From Ophelia neglecta (taxonomy: Eukaryota), in contig OZ260663.1 of the NCBI GenBank assembly GCA_965285935.1, positions 48,608,001 through 48,672,000 of the forward strand: a stretch of 64,000 nucleotides of DNA. The letters run 5' to 3'. The notes under the pieces are model-generated. The model saw only the letters and a list, made by a program, of their open reading frames with translations, had not been told where the DNA came from and searched no databases. Made by a program: the position numbers and the translations under genes. Positions 12,201 to 22,270 of this stretch are shown piece by piece. How positions within the stretch are numbered: the stretch's first letter is position 1; each line of letters opens with the position of its first letter.

Positions 12201-15200
12201 AGGTAATTTCATTTTTGAAGTAGTCATGCCTAACTTGCATTACTTTGAAAGGTGTTGTATGTAAAAACAATATAAGATTAACCTTTAAACTTGTGCTATA
12301 TTTTTCCCGCCTTTGTACTTAGTAATCCTTGTGTATAGGGTCATGTTATGCAGTTTAAATGGCAAGATATCTGATGTATGTTTGGAGTGTATTTTTTAAC
12401 ATGTATATTACTGGTTCTCTATAGAGAATTCGGAAGCCCATGTAATATTTTGGATCTTCTATGATTTGGGCTGTAATATTGGAAAGCTTGCAGGCAAGGA
12501 TAATTTGTAATGGAGTACAATGTGGATTAGTACTTGCACTGTAATTAGTAGGTCAACCTGTATCACCTTGATGTACAGTTTGTCAGAGTGTAAATAATTT
12601 GGTGTGGAGCATTGTTATTTTGTGTAAGTGTACATGTAATGTTTGTGCACCTGCAGGTTAATTCTCTTAATTTACTGGTCCTTTGCAAAATTATGTGTGA
12701 CTATGTATTGAAACCCACCTTTGTTTTGACTTTCAGTCTTACGACAATAACCGTAGCAATAAATGGATATCATTAGTAAAAGGACTTGGTTTTTGACTCG
12801 GCTAATGGTATAAACGGTTGCGGCGGTCACAACTATAAAACATACACAACTTAGCTATAATTAATGTGTTCTCGGTGAGAGGTAATAAAATGCTGCTTTT
12901 TCTATCTCAGGACAATGTAAGAATATGATATCTTCCATCATATTGATTTAATCCCCTGCCCAGTGACCATGGGTGCACTTTCTACCAATTTATTAAAATC
13001 CACATTACCTGTAGCTTCTGAGATTCTTTTTGCTCGAGGGCAACCGGGCAAGTGACGAGAGAATATCTTCTAATAACAGCTGCCGGTGTTTTTCATATCT
13101 TGAAAAAATCTATAAGAAAAAAGACTAGTGATGCATATATAACGCTATAAAAATCTCACAGCATTTTACATTTCATCCTGCTTTCAATAAAAAGTATAAA
13201 AAAAAGAGTTATAATAAATATTTCACATACAGTTTTGATTATTTTGGCAGTCCCATGGTTTGAACTGACATATAGTGTTGACTTGTAATAAAAATTACAA
13301 CACGACAAAGCATGTTTCAATTTTTGACATTAGCGGAGAATTTGCAAGTACTTAAAAATAATACCCGTGAAAGTGTGTACTTCTTAGAACTTGAAAATAA
13401 TACTCACACTTGTGACCAGCTTGAGAGAATTAAGTTGGAGCTCACTGATATTTTCCACAAAAAATGGAGCAACTGCTAGTGTTGAGGTCTGTGGAGAGAA
13501 TTATCATTAACAAACTGATTATAGAACATGACAAAAATATGGGGGAATATATGGAATGACAAACTTATTTTCTTTTTGGGAAAAAAGTGGCAAATTTTAA
13601 CTTGTTTTTTTTTCCTGAATAAATGGTTTTCTTCCCTAAATATTTTGTTGATAACATCCATTACCTGAAGAATGACAGTGTCAGTGAGTTCTTGAACATC
13701 AATTAATTCAGACAATGTTCCAATCAAGTCTGTTAGCTTGTTGTACAGCATGACAGTGCTGCGATGTTTACTAGAACCGGCTCTTGCTCTCTTTTGCTTC
13801 ATGTTTCCAACAATGCCACCTGCAATGCAAATTAGATGCTAAAGTGACATGGTTAATATAGACTTTATATAACAAAACACTGATAATAAGATTAGAAACT
13901 GTGATGGTACCTATAAACGTAAATTGGAAAAAATATATTCATTTAACAATCAGAATGACATTTATAACGCCTCCCCCTCTAAGCAAGTTGGAAAACTTTA
14001 CTTTCAGGAAATATGGTTAATTTTGTATGGAAAGTGCACAGATATCTGCTTTTCCAACTGACTAGTGAGCATAAAATGAACATTTCTTGCCTATAAATGG
14101 TTTGCTTGGGTATTGAAAACAAAGGCAACTTAAGTTGAGGATGTTGACAATATTTCATGCAATTTCAGTTATATTGCATATCTATGACAAAATAAAATAA
14201 AGCTCTTACTTTTGTTTTTGGGATCTATTCTGTATACTGGATCAAACTCTGGAAATATTGTGTTTGTTAACTGTGTTTTTGCCATCCTTATAAGTCTTTC
14301 TATAACATCTTCAATATACACTTCTTTAGGCATGTCTAAGGATGTCATGATATACAGTGCAGTCAGTCCAGCATCAAGGGCTGCTATGACTTTTTCTACA
14401 GTAACTTCCTGCCAAAGTTGCTCGTCTTCTGGGCCATCCTCCTGGTAAGAAAACAAAAGTACACTTTGTGTTGAGTATCAACTCATTTTGATGCAGCTGG
14501 ATTCTTATGTAATATGATGAGATCTGTTAAGTTTTGATCAAGAACACTATATAGAATGCCCAGCAAGAGGAGAAGGAGAGTAATCATTTCTGTCCATCAT
14601 GAAATATGATTAACCAACAAAACAACAGAAATGTTACCGGGTGTTGTTAAACAATCCAACATAACCATAAAGTGCCATACGAGACAGACAGAGCAGGACA
14701 CAGCCAAGTGCTCCATACCCTTTTCAAAAAGGGGGCATATAACACTTGGAATGAATACTAAATGTGAAAATGACGAGAATACCAGATTTTATATGCCAGT
14801 TTGCAGTACCCCATTTGCCATAAGCTGATACCCCAGTTAGCCTTAACCTGTTTTTTTTAAAGGTGGAATTGTGCTTTTTGGCAAGAAGTGGGCTACACTA
14901 CCTGGTTTCATACTAAATTGCAAAGCACTTACTCCATATGATGGAACCATACGACATCCATCTCTGATGTTGTACTGAAGAATTGTTAGCACCTTTACTA
15001 GCTTTTCATATGGAACCTAAAAATACAAAATTTTCATAAAAGCATATTATTGCTAAGAATTACACAACAGGTATGTTAGGAATGGTTTTAATCAAACTGA
15101 AAGTCATTTCATGATATCCATCCATCATCAGCGTGATTTCTAAGCAAAAGGTGGGGGCAACAAGTAAGGGAGTTAAAAAAGTGGAAAAAAATTTGGTGGA

Positions 15201-18200
15201 CCAATTACTTTCTTTGGAAATCAGTAGTAATAAACTGAATTGTGAATACAAACAAATCTAACAGAAATATTGATGGGATCAAAAATTCCAGTTTCACCAC
15301 AAACCCCACTTCACCTTTTCTATGAAATGGACCTTTGCATAATACTAATTCTTCGATGCTAGCAAAAACTTTCTAAAATATTCTACCCCTTTGTTATCTT
15401 TCTTGCCTTTATGATACACCTTGCTGAGACTAATATATTAGTTATGTAACACAAATGTCAGGCTCAAAACAAATACAATTGTTGCAGCTTGTCATATGTT
15501 TCTTTTCAATACCTGATTCATCACCCCCATAGCTTTCAGCTTTGCTGCTTCATTGCAAAGATTAGACAACAGGCTCTTTGACAACAGTGCTTCTGTACTG
15601 CCTCCATCATCATCCTCATCTGTAAGGAACACGTACAGTCATATTAAACAGATAGCATTTCTATTCTTCCTATCATTTATATGTTTTGTTTATTTGCAAT
15701 ACATTGTGTGCAATTATCATATAACTTATGAAAAATTTCTCTCATTAGGCTGCTGATCCCAATATTTTTGCCTTAATGAAGTAGGTCTACGACAAAAAAT
15801 TAAAAGAATTGACCTCTTTCGACCTATAACAAGACATTTATACCGCACACTCACCTAACTTTAGTTCGGACAAATCAACATCTTCGGCAACATCCAGAAC
15901 ATTATCTATGGCTTCGCTAAACCTCTTAAAAGTGGGCGTTTCCATCAGCTCCTCCACCGACTCGGTAACCTCAACCATTCTTCTCTGTTTTCGTTCTTTC
16001 TTCCTCCTTTGCTGAGCTAGAATTTTTATTTTAATGCTTGAAGGTATATTACTTTCATGAGCCAAACATTAGAACATATCAAAATTTAATGTCCCCACAA
16101 AAATATAAAGCAGCATAATGACACAAAATGAGTGAATACAGAAGGTTTATCATCTTGGCATTGAAAAGTTAACAAGTTAGTCAAGCTTGAAGATAGAAGT
16201 TCCCTCTTAGGCTACTTCTATTATATTTTTCTCTTTCAAGCACAAGTGTGTTTACTTAATGTGACTATTCATTTAGAATTTATCTTTCCCACATTCCTAC
16301 CATCCTCTCTGGAATCATCCCCTCTAAGAGCTACAGGTATTCTTGTAGGTTCTTTTAACTTGGACTCTTTTTCCCTTTTATTTGCAGCAAACACATCTTC
16401 TTCATCTGAATCATCTCTATATTTAACAGGTCTTTTCCTTCTCTTGACTCTTTCAGTCAGGGATGCAGCATAATCCCCATAGACTTGTTCTAGGTCAGCA
16501 ATATCTTCAGCTTTCTCTTCACAATCTTTATCACCTTCTGGAACATAATCGTCATCTGAAGAAATTCTTCTCCGTTTTGAGGCTGAAATTAAGTATTAAT
16601 GGTTTATTTTAGCACAATTTTATGTAGAACAACAGATTTTGTTGGGGTAAACTTTAATTAAAACATCCCTTTATGGAAATGAACTGAATGCTTACAGGAG
16701 TTTGAGGAAACACATAGTAAGTATAAGTAGTGTCTACAACAGGTTGTTTGGCAAGTCTGGTTATAAATCAGAACAGAGATTTTGCATTTCATACTGGTGG
16801 GCAAACCACATGTGGAAATAACGAAATAGATATTTTCTTTGTTTGAAATCATGTTCATACTAGTGACTTGTTTGCCTTTACCTCTTTTTTCATCTTTAGA
16901 CTTCGACAGCCTAAGAGTTAGTTTGGTGCTAGTTTGTGGAGACGAAAGAACATTGTAGTGGTTGTCATCGTCTTCCTCATCCTCATCCTTTTTCCTCTTT
17001 TCTCTCTTTCCAGATTCTTTACTTTTGCGCATGGCCAGAGATATTTCCTATAAGAAATTTAAAAAATATTTGAAGTGATTTTTATTAAATGAATATGGCA
17101 CAAATGTTGCTAAGATTAATGATATGTAAGTACTATAAATTTACATTTGATTTAGCATTCATTAGCACAGTTGGTGAGGGCTTTTCCAAGTGGAAGTGCC
17201 ACTACCTCCCTATTAATGAGGGCCCCTTACCAGTGTAGAACGATCAATCAAGGCTTACCTCTGAGCTTAATGGTTCTAAGAGAACAACCGGTTCTCCTCC
17301 TTTTGAAGAAAGTCTTCTCTGAGGTCTTGACTCTCCAGATGTGGATGGCATAAGCACTTGTTCTTCTGGCAAGCAGGCATTTGATCCACTAGGAGTGGAT
17401 GTTGCTTGAGCAGGAGATGAAACTAAAAGGAAAATCACAATGTGATCCATATGACTTTATCTAACTTAAAGCATAGCTATTTTTATTGTATGCACCCCAT
17501 GGGGAAAAGGATTGTAAACATTTTGTTGTGTTTGTTGACTCCACCCGAATTCTTTATCCCCCACTTACTGTATAATTTAGCTCTAGGTATGCATGTGGCA
17601 GAGAGTACAAAGAAGACCAACCTGTACAGGGTTTCTGTGATTGGCTCCTACTCCTCCTCTCAGGTGGACTGCCACCATTGACAGTAGCATGGTTATCTGA
17701 AGAATATCAATATGTTTAGAAACATGTAGCGGTGACATATGCTCATCCAATCAATTCAGTATTGAAATATTTAAAAGGAACAAGGTGTAATAATTGCAGA
17801 TTGATCATGTCAATCATCTCAAAACATAACCTCGTGTCTCCAATGAATTTGCAACTAACAACCTGCCAAATAAGGACAGGACACCGAGACATTTCTTTTC
17901 TTGCTTAAAGCTATAACCCTTCTCCTGCGCGTTGCGTAATATTCTGTGCTAATGACGTCATGTCTGTTGTCGGGTCCCCGAACATTCTGTGCCGTACGTG
18001 CTTGAATGTGCAGCGAGTCACATAATTTTATGCGCGACCATGCTGTACAGATCAAAGGTGTTGTTGTTGCTCTTATGCTAATGTTCGAAGGTTGGGACAG
18101 CCAACCAATCACGGGTGGGTTCATGTCCTTTCACCCAAAAAAGTAGTAGTGTGATTGGTTCGAATTTCTGTGTTAATGTATGCAAAAATATACGTCAAAA

Positions 18201-21200
18201 CCAGGGGGCGCTCTACGGGTTATACCACTATGCTTGCCACGTGTACTACAGACTGCACAGTAATGTACTGGTCTAGTTTATCGCAATATACATAAAAAAT
18301 ATTCTGCCGACGGCTTTATTCTATACCAAAAACCATGTGATATTACACACAACAGATTTAACTTGTAATAAAAATATGTTTCTTGATCATAAAATGACTT
18401 TCAAAAAACCTTCGAATATCCCATCGGTGCCCCCCATCAGCTGTTCAAGCCTGTTGGCGTAAACATCACAGATCACAAACGAACTTCACATTACTTCATT
18501 TTTTATCAACACAAACATCGCTTGTAGCACATTCTGTGGTCTAAGTATAATATTAATACTTTATAAATATCGCGGAGATTGTCGGTTTTTTTTAAGTATT
18601 TTGCAGCGCACCTGTTCATGGCTATGTCATCGCGATGGCAATGACCTTGCCAGTATCCAAAATGGCGGAGTCTGGTGGTATTTTAGCAAATGTCGCACCG
18701 GAAAATCGTGATTTTTTCACCGAGTATTTCCTCGGGCCGGATAGCGACGAAGAGTTTGAAGGCTTTGAGCCTACCGACAATAATGAAATAGAAGAGATTT
18801 CCCGAGTAGCTCCCGAAAACAGAGAATTCTTCAGAGAACATTTCCTCAGTGACAGCGATGAAGAGTTCGACGGGTTCGAGCCCACAGATCTCCCTGCAAC
18901 TTCGGACTGGAGAGATGGCAACAATTTTTCTCCCACGATGCACACATTTACCGGCGAGCCGGGACTTAAAGCAGCAATCCCAGAGTTACCACGGCAACCA
19001 TACTGGACCTAAACATATATTACTTTCATCACTTTATTCCCACGGTCATATCCCTACATATGCATATATGGATCAATGGTGTACGGAGCCTGTATAACAA
19101 AAAAAAAAAATGGTTTAATTTACTTCGTTATTACATAACAAACCTCCCTTGATGGTTGCATGTGACACTCCTAATCAAACTTCTGTTTGCTTATGTTACC
19201 ATGGCAACACCATATGTAGACACCAGAAAAATATTTTATTATATGGTGGTAAATTTTATTACTCCCTTTTTAACATAAATATGCTAAAACAGCCAATTGG
19301 TCTGTAAAAAATGCCTTTTTATCAATATTTTACATATTTGCCTGGTTACCATGGCAACCATGCTGGAGCTACAGGTATATTACTTGCATCAAAATGTTCC
19401 CATGGTCATATTGCATAATCTGCATATAGGGTCTAAAGGTGTATGGAGCTTTTAACTACCATAAACTGAGTGATAATTACAGGTGTGCTATTTCAGACTT
19501 TTTTTGCAAAACAATTCAGCACAGCAGGTATACTAGGCTAAAACAATGCAGTGGTACAGTGTGTTAATGTGTAAACAAAGCAGCAGGAGAAGGGTTAAGA
19601 ACTAACCTCCACTATTTTGCTTGGCATTGGCAAAACTCAAAAACTGCTCCTGAAACTTGTTCACTATGGCATGATTGTGGTGTTGATGATGAAAGGCTGC
19701 ATCAGGTTGCCTAAAAGGATAAGATTTACCTTTAAAATAAATATCTCACAACTGAAGTGGTTCACTAATAAATATTTTCAAAAAAGGAACAGTATATACT
19801 GTTATCTTTATCTTGCTGCCTGTATAAAACAATACTGACCAAAGTCCAAATTTATATACATATATATATATATATATATGTCAATTGGTTTCTATACTGT
19901 TAGAAGGGCCTCGTGGCTCTGTCCTACAAAAATATCCCATGGAATTTAATTCTTTTAACTAGTTGATCTCTCTTTAGGCACTTAGGTTCAATAGGCAATA
20001 AATAAGACAGAATATCTAGTAGTCTAATACCTTGCAGGGCTCCTAGGCGGACAAGGGGATATCTGTCCAGCTTCATAAGGGCTTGGGTGTTGTTCTCCAG
20101 GGTAAGGAGTGCCCCCCACTAGTGGAGAATAATGGTCAGTGTTGTTGGCAGTGTTATATGTTGGTCCTCCCCTGAACACCTCTGCATCTTGTGCTAGGAT
20201 GTTTTTCAATAACTCTGGCAACTCTCCTTCGATGGCATCTCCTGCCAAGTTATCTTTTAATTCACTGTAAAAAGCCAAAACTTAATGTATTTTCATTTCA
20301 TTAGTTGCAAATAAACACATGTACCACAATTGGACAATATTTGTAAAAATAAACTTTGAGGAAAGAATTGTCACATTGAAATGCTGTAAGATACTTACAT
20401 ATGATCAGTGTTAGTTTTCTGTAATGCACTGACCAACTGAGACACTAAACCATCATTTCTTGAAGTCAGGATATGTCGAGCAGAATCGGCTACTTTAGAG
20501 TTAAAAAGTAAACTCTTGTTGTTGACAGTGTGAGGCAAAGGTGTGGGTAGCGGCAACTCTGGCAGCACTTAAATGAACAGACATACATATATATTCAATA
20601 CCTGCATGGTCATCACTTCTGTAGGTGCACATAAAAAAATAATTTGTAAAGAGAAACTCTTAACTGCTGAGTTCAAATGAAATATAGTTAATGCTGAGAC
20701 TACAACACAGTGACAACCATTAGGATAAAAAAGAGCACAAGCAGATTTTCCAGAATCATTAATGGAGGAGGGAAGAGCAGTTGACAGTAGATCCAAACTG
20801 AATTCATAAGTAGAGGAAAACAAGATTTTATCTGAAAGTAATGGGAATGGTTTATTAAATGCAAGCCCGGATAGTAAATATTGTTGTCGGACAGCCCTGA
20901 AAGGTCAATCCCGAAACTCAATAAGATGGAAAATTCAACTATATACATAGGTTCTCAATAAGTGTCAGGCGGTTGCTGTTAAATAAAAACCGAATTCATC
21001 ATTCTGGTACTTTTACCTTAAAAATGAATACCAAAGTCAAATATGAGACCTCTATAATATATGAAAAATATTTGATCAAAAAGTAGTGTGAAAGCTCCAA
21101 ATGTAGTTGTCTGGGGAGATTTGTCCTTGGTCAAAATATATCAGCAAGACCATGTTGTGAACACGTAGTAAACATAACATGCCTGGCAAAACACTGTGAG

Positions 21201-21238
21201 CAAAGGTATCATATTTTACCATGATTGCTAATATACAA

Positions 21239-21295
<57 letters not shown>

Positions 21296-21396
21296 TATCA
21301 TACATGTGTGTTTGTGTATATATACAACTTACGGTCAGTCAGACTTGCGATACCAGCCAGAGTTGTTATGGGCACACTTGGAATTTCACCATTCAT
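281..21396 (-). CDS. NIPBL: Nipped-B-like protein (cohesin loader Scc2/NIPBL), multi-exon, 3' end continues beyond the left edge of the window
   Basis: The N-terminus MNGEIPSVPITTLAGIASLTDLLPELPLPTPLP...KSLLFN matches NIPBL. Later exons give IFSRYEKHRQLLLEDI, RPFSQSFDIYLTQ, AVRTKAMKCL, STSVREAAVELVGKFIL and DTGISVRKRVIKIFRDVC. Approximate coding exons 5'->3': 21333-21396, 20399-20567, 20031-20264, 19607-19710, 17622-17696, 17259-17422, 16882-17047, 16301-16582, 15856-16016, 15512-15619, 14932-15016, 14210-14442, 13664-13820, 13409-13489, 13009-13109, 3553-3716, 3291-3373, 2563-2693, 2331-2474, 1975-2155, 1587-1801, 1352-1456, 1097-1195, 847-993, 281-568. The boundaries I checked are GT-AG; some inner boundaries may be off by a few nt. 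Confidence 0.96.
2210..2276 (+). repeat. 67-bp inverted copy of NIPBL coding exon sequence (857-923) lying in a NIPBL intron
   Basis: Plus-strand 2210-2276 aligns without gaps to the reverse complement of 857-923 at 61/67 identities. Confidence 0.9.
3992..4314 (-). mobile_element. tRNA-derived SINE
   Basis: On the minus strand there is an A-box (TGGCCTAGTGG) and a B-box-like motif (GGTTTGAATCC) at the head, and an AAAACCCCAAACAACACCAACAAC tail. A 14-bp target site duplication TGACATTCAGCAGG lies at 3978-3991 and 4315-4328. Confidence 0.85.
4486..5395 (+). repeat. 5' LTR of the BEL/Pao element
   Basis: Begins TGTAAAGG and ends GGTCACA. Direct repeat of 11922-12831; I found no differences by eye. 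Confidence 0.96.
4767..5300 (+). other. Putative spliceosomal intron inside the LTR (second copy at 12203-12736)
   Basis: Donor AAAG|GTAATT at 4766/4767 and acceptor TTTGTTTTGACTTTCAG| at 5300. The joined junction is complementary to the PBS position (see findings). Confidence 0.65.
5396..5418 (+). promoter_or_regulatory. Non-tRNA primer-binding site, complementary to the spliced LTR junction
   Basis: GTAAGACTTTACCAGATGTTTAT abuts the 5' LTR and lacks the TGG of tRNA-primed elements. It pairs with ATAAAC-CTGG-AA-TAAAG|TCTTAC (4750-4766 + 5301-5306). Confidence 0.65.
5470..11745 (+). CDS. BEL/Pao Gag-Pol polyprotein (about 2091 aa): Gag, three Cys/His knuckles, aspartic protease, RT, RNase H, integrase
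   Basis: First in-frame ATG at 5470. Motifs in PR-RT-RH-INT order: PEKFGGDLMQYSHWIQSF (DUF1759-type gag); CILC..H....C, CYGC....H....C and CKTC...HPTLLH; ALLDDQS; GKIRVVFD; NFYVDDGL; LHNFSDAS; NPADIASRG; H..H/CVKC; VDFFGP; SDRGTNF; GGVWERL; C-terminal FWSRWRAEYL. Confidence 0.96.
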   Translation: MATLEELQTAFQEHNDLFDNLATLTDSIYYNINNEKDTGLAESQFENFTQDLTLFKASGEKIRGMAYSQHQVNLFLAEFNGRMDYLLKCKEDTRNFLQKRQAELRQLPVGHPINRYDVQPEDSISQVGRRTSHVSLRNHPVGPNEGTDDVRPEDSVSQTRSRSSRTSSVKSSASLLRLQEEQKQAEIAARTAALAERHRLERSRLEMQKRKRINEELLEKQKEELRLEKQRLEDEEAAFQLEIKRQEEIFKLNTEMNVSRAKCQVLEKYEDKRENISSTNHPQSGVRVPTYISTPHFNYQGHDRHLRQTSDSVTAHEAAQAQYDDRGSLQGGSITRQDRLSSTESQVPTNHTRTSLDPGVRTPISDSSTLLASALDGLADRLVNRDNLPRMMPEKFGGDLMQYSHWIQSFETIIERNAAAVSQKMFFLGKCTTGEAHNAIHGFLALNNEDAYQKARATLQKRYGDKYLLAKECKRKIRNWPQVKYGDGKGLRDFSDFLMHCKTAMLTSKHLASLDTEEENAKMLEKLPKNIIDRWSRIVDKWLNCGDEDKQCYPTLAAFCDFLEQEARIACNTVNMRQPPPAERREESRSGRAPPRRKPAGCFSTAAMIEEVPTEPIGVHALATVTRPQQNDRGCILCGQAHSLEHCRQFIKMTLEERKSLLRKKGYCYGCMAGRHLSRTCNQRKVCKTCDGLHPTLLHEDFPPGRALAAPSRETERRVVSHCTEAGIAGIVSHKTDTGDSCGHYNSMIVPVKLCHEDYPEEAVIVYALLDDQSNSTFISQKTLTRLRASGEPVKIRLATMLAERVIDSKVVHGLSVCNPKDDLSIPLPGAYLRQTIPADRTLIPRRETAREWPHLMEVADQLLPYREDIEIGLLIGLDCPHAMKPRELIPGKDNDPWAVRTSLGWGVAGIMDPSHARLRSVANDRPCHLAFRTHATEVSPMEVHKMFDQDFHEVKSLEAYSVEDGRFLEQISKGIHTRPDGHFETPLPLKDDAHLPNNKSVALKRLSGLKGKLMRDSQYREDYSKFMTDMISHGYAEPVPTEESTTAKGRTWYIPHHGVYHPKKPGKIRVVFDCSSEYRGEALNRHLLQGPDLINNLTGVLCRFRQEPVALSCDIEGMFHQVGVNQEDRDLLRFLWWGDDKLTDPKEYRMTVHLFGATSSPGCANYALKQTADRYEAECGKAAADFVRNNFYVDDGLKSVATPNEALQLVESSRTLCARGGFNLHKYLCNNKEVLAAIPPDLRARDAQNLDLTCDSLPMERTLGIQWCIESDTFQFRIEVKDRPLTRRGILSTVSSVFDPLGLVSPFVLVGKQILQEMVRDGRDWDEPIPEELKARWERWRCELPELAKIRIPRCFKNGKIDRPTKIELHNFSDASLNGYGQCSYVRLLDNHGNVSCSLVMGKSRVAPSKAITVPRLELTAAVVSVRIGSFLQKELDYKDIQHFCWTDSKVVLGYIANESRRFHIFVANRVQQIRSSSDVNAWHYVDTKKNPADIASRGMCAADLTGADDWWYGPSFLRSSAPLPLTQESMPVSPEDPEVKRVVAHTSRARPVFCDLLDRIARFSDWHHARRAVAVCLKYKEILKQRISERNSERPPRNKGRPVYRCADVETMKEAERIIVSAVQKRAFPGELTVLRTINTYASDRQQCRNRNIALKEGSSLYRLDPYLGTDGLVRVGGRIRRANVPRDLAHPVILPKDCHVTRMVIQHYHRRACHSGRGITLNEIRAAGYWILKARTAVTSYLWNCVKCKKLRSQTVSQKMADLPEDRVEPSEPFTYSAVDFFGPFYIKEGRSERKRWGVIFTCMASRALHLESANTMSTDSFINAYRRFVGRRGPIRQLRSDRGTNFVGARSELAAALAEMDNQKIAAELLRDNCDWVSFKMNPPHASHMGGVWERLIRAVRAVLAALLDAHGSRMDDEQLRTLLVEAEAVVNSRPISCPDNSDPDSGEALSPSQILTLKSKVILPPPGVFLKEDLYCRKRWRVVQFLANQFWSRWRAEYLTTLQERKKWNKRHPNLQVGDIVLVKDECTTRCQWPMARVDKTYLSADGLVRKVSVMMGKSTYDRPVHKLVLLLTPGSPVEEPSTIDI
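11922..12831 (+). repeat. 3' LTR of the BEL/Pao element
   Basis: 910-bp direct repeat of 4486-5395, preceded by the PPT and followed by TSD ACTAT. Confidence 0.96.
17917..19594 (+). mobile_element. Non-autonomous, internally deleted piggyBac-like DNA transposon in a NIPBL intron
   Basis: 12-bp TIRs CCCTTCTCCTGC (17917-17928) and GCAGGAGAAGGG (19583-19594), flanked by ATAA and TTAA. It contains a truncated ORF resembling a piggyBac transposase N-terminus and diverged repeats near the right end. Confidence 0.75.
18635..19012 (+). pseudogene. Truncated N-terminus of a piggyBac-like transposase
   Basis: Acidic SDSDEEFDGF segments are followed by W...P....FTGEPG, as in the region before the DDE domain of piggyBac transposases. 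No catalytic domain follows. Confidence 0.55.
21243..21290. repeat. (AT)n microsatellite
   Basis: About 24 perfect AT units; a shorter tract lies at about 19853-19879. Confidence 0.95.
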
Positions 21397-22116
21397 GGCG
21401 AGTGATTTCTGTAGAGGAAAAAAGTTCAATTGATCAGTAATTCACAGGGATGAGTATGGGAAACTAAGAAAAAGTCTTTAAAAAAAAGCTGCTGAAGGCA
21501 GGCATGGGCACCCAGGAGCGAGCTTGGGGGGAGGGGGTTCATAGGGGTGGCAGGCAAAAAACTCGGAATACCCGGAAAATTCTCATACCTGAATTAATCA
21601 CCTTCAACTATACCCTAAAACAAGATGTATTTAGACAAGTTTAGCTTCGGATCAAAATCATCACTAGTTTCCAGGCACCCAGGTCGATGATTTCCTCAAT
21701 TAATTTAATGTGCAGCTCATGCAGTTATAATTTTATTAATTAACAATTAAATTTTCTTGATACTATACCACAAGCATCTAGGACGAATTCCCAATCACAT
21801 TGAGGAGATATTTTTAATATGAAACAGTGTAACCTATGCTGCTTCAGAGTTTCTATTTTGACTAGGTGGAAAATGGCAAAATTAAAGGACTCATGAAAAA
21901 AGGTGTCTGCGAGGAACTACTGTAAGTAGTGCAAATGAGCATCCATATTGTTTATTTCAAGGCATGCATCCGCGGTGTATTTAAAATGCCCTACCATGCC
22001 AAATCCACTGGATATTAACCCAAACCAAGCTGAACAGCAAGGTATTATGGCGAAATGCTTCAGGATTGTAGCTTAAGTTGTTTTTGAATAACTTGCTGAG
22101 CAATCGGGCCATTTAG

Positions 22117-22270
22117 TAGCAAAAAAAGAGCTAACTTGTTCGCCCGTTCTCCGCTGTTTACGTTAGATCGCGGCCATGACACCTGCACATCACACACCCT
22201 CTGGTGGTGATTGCCCTGGATGTGCAGGTGTCATGGCCGCGATCAACCGTAGTTAGCTCGTTTTTTGCTA
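22117..22270. mobile_element. Short palindromic MITE-like foldback in the NIPBL 5' intron
   Basis: Outer inverted repeat TAGCAAAAAA(A)GAGCTAACT / AGTTAGCTCGTTTTTTGCTA, plus a perfect 26-bp inner inverted repeat at 22166-22191 / 22219-22244. Confidence 0.7.

Larger units (their letters stand above)
4486..12831 (+). mobile_element. Full-length BEL/Pao LTR retrotransposon inserted antisense in a NIPBL intron
   Basis: Two 910-bp TGT...ACA LTRs (4486-5395, 11922-12831), a 5-bp TSD ACTAT (4481-4485, 12832-12836), a purine tract AGGGGAG just before the 3' LTR, and a single intact gag-pol ORF. Confidence 0.97.
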
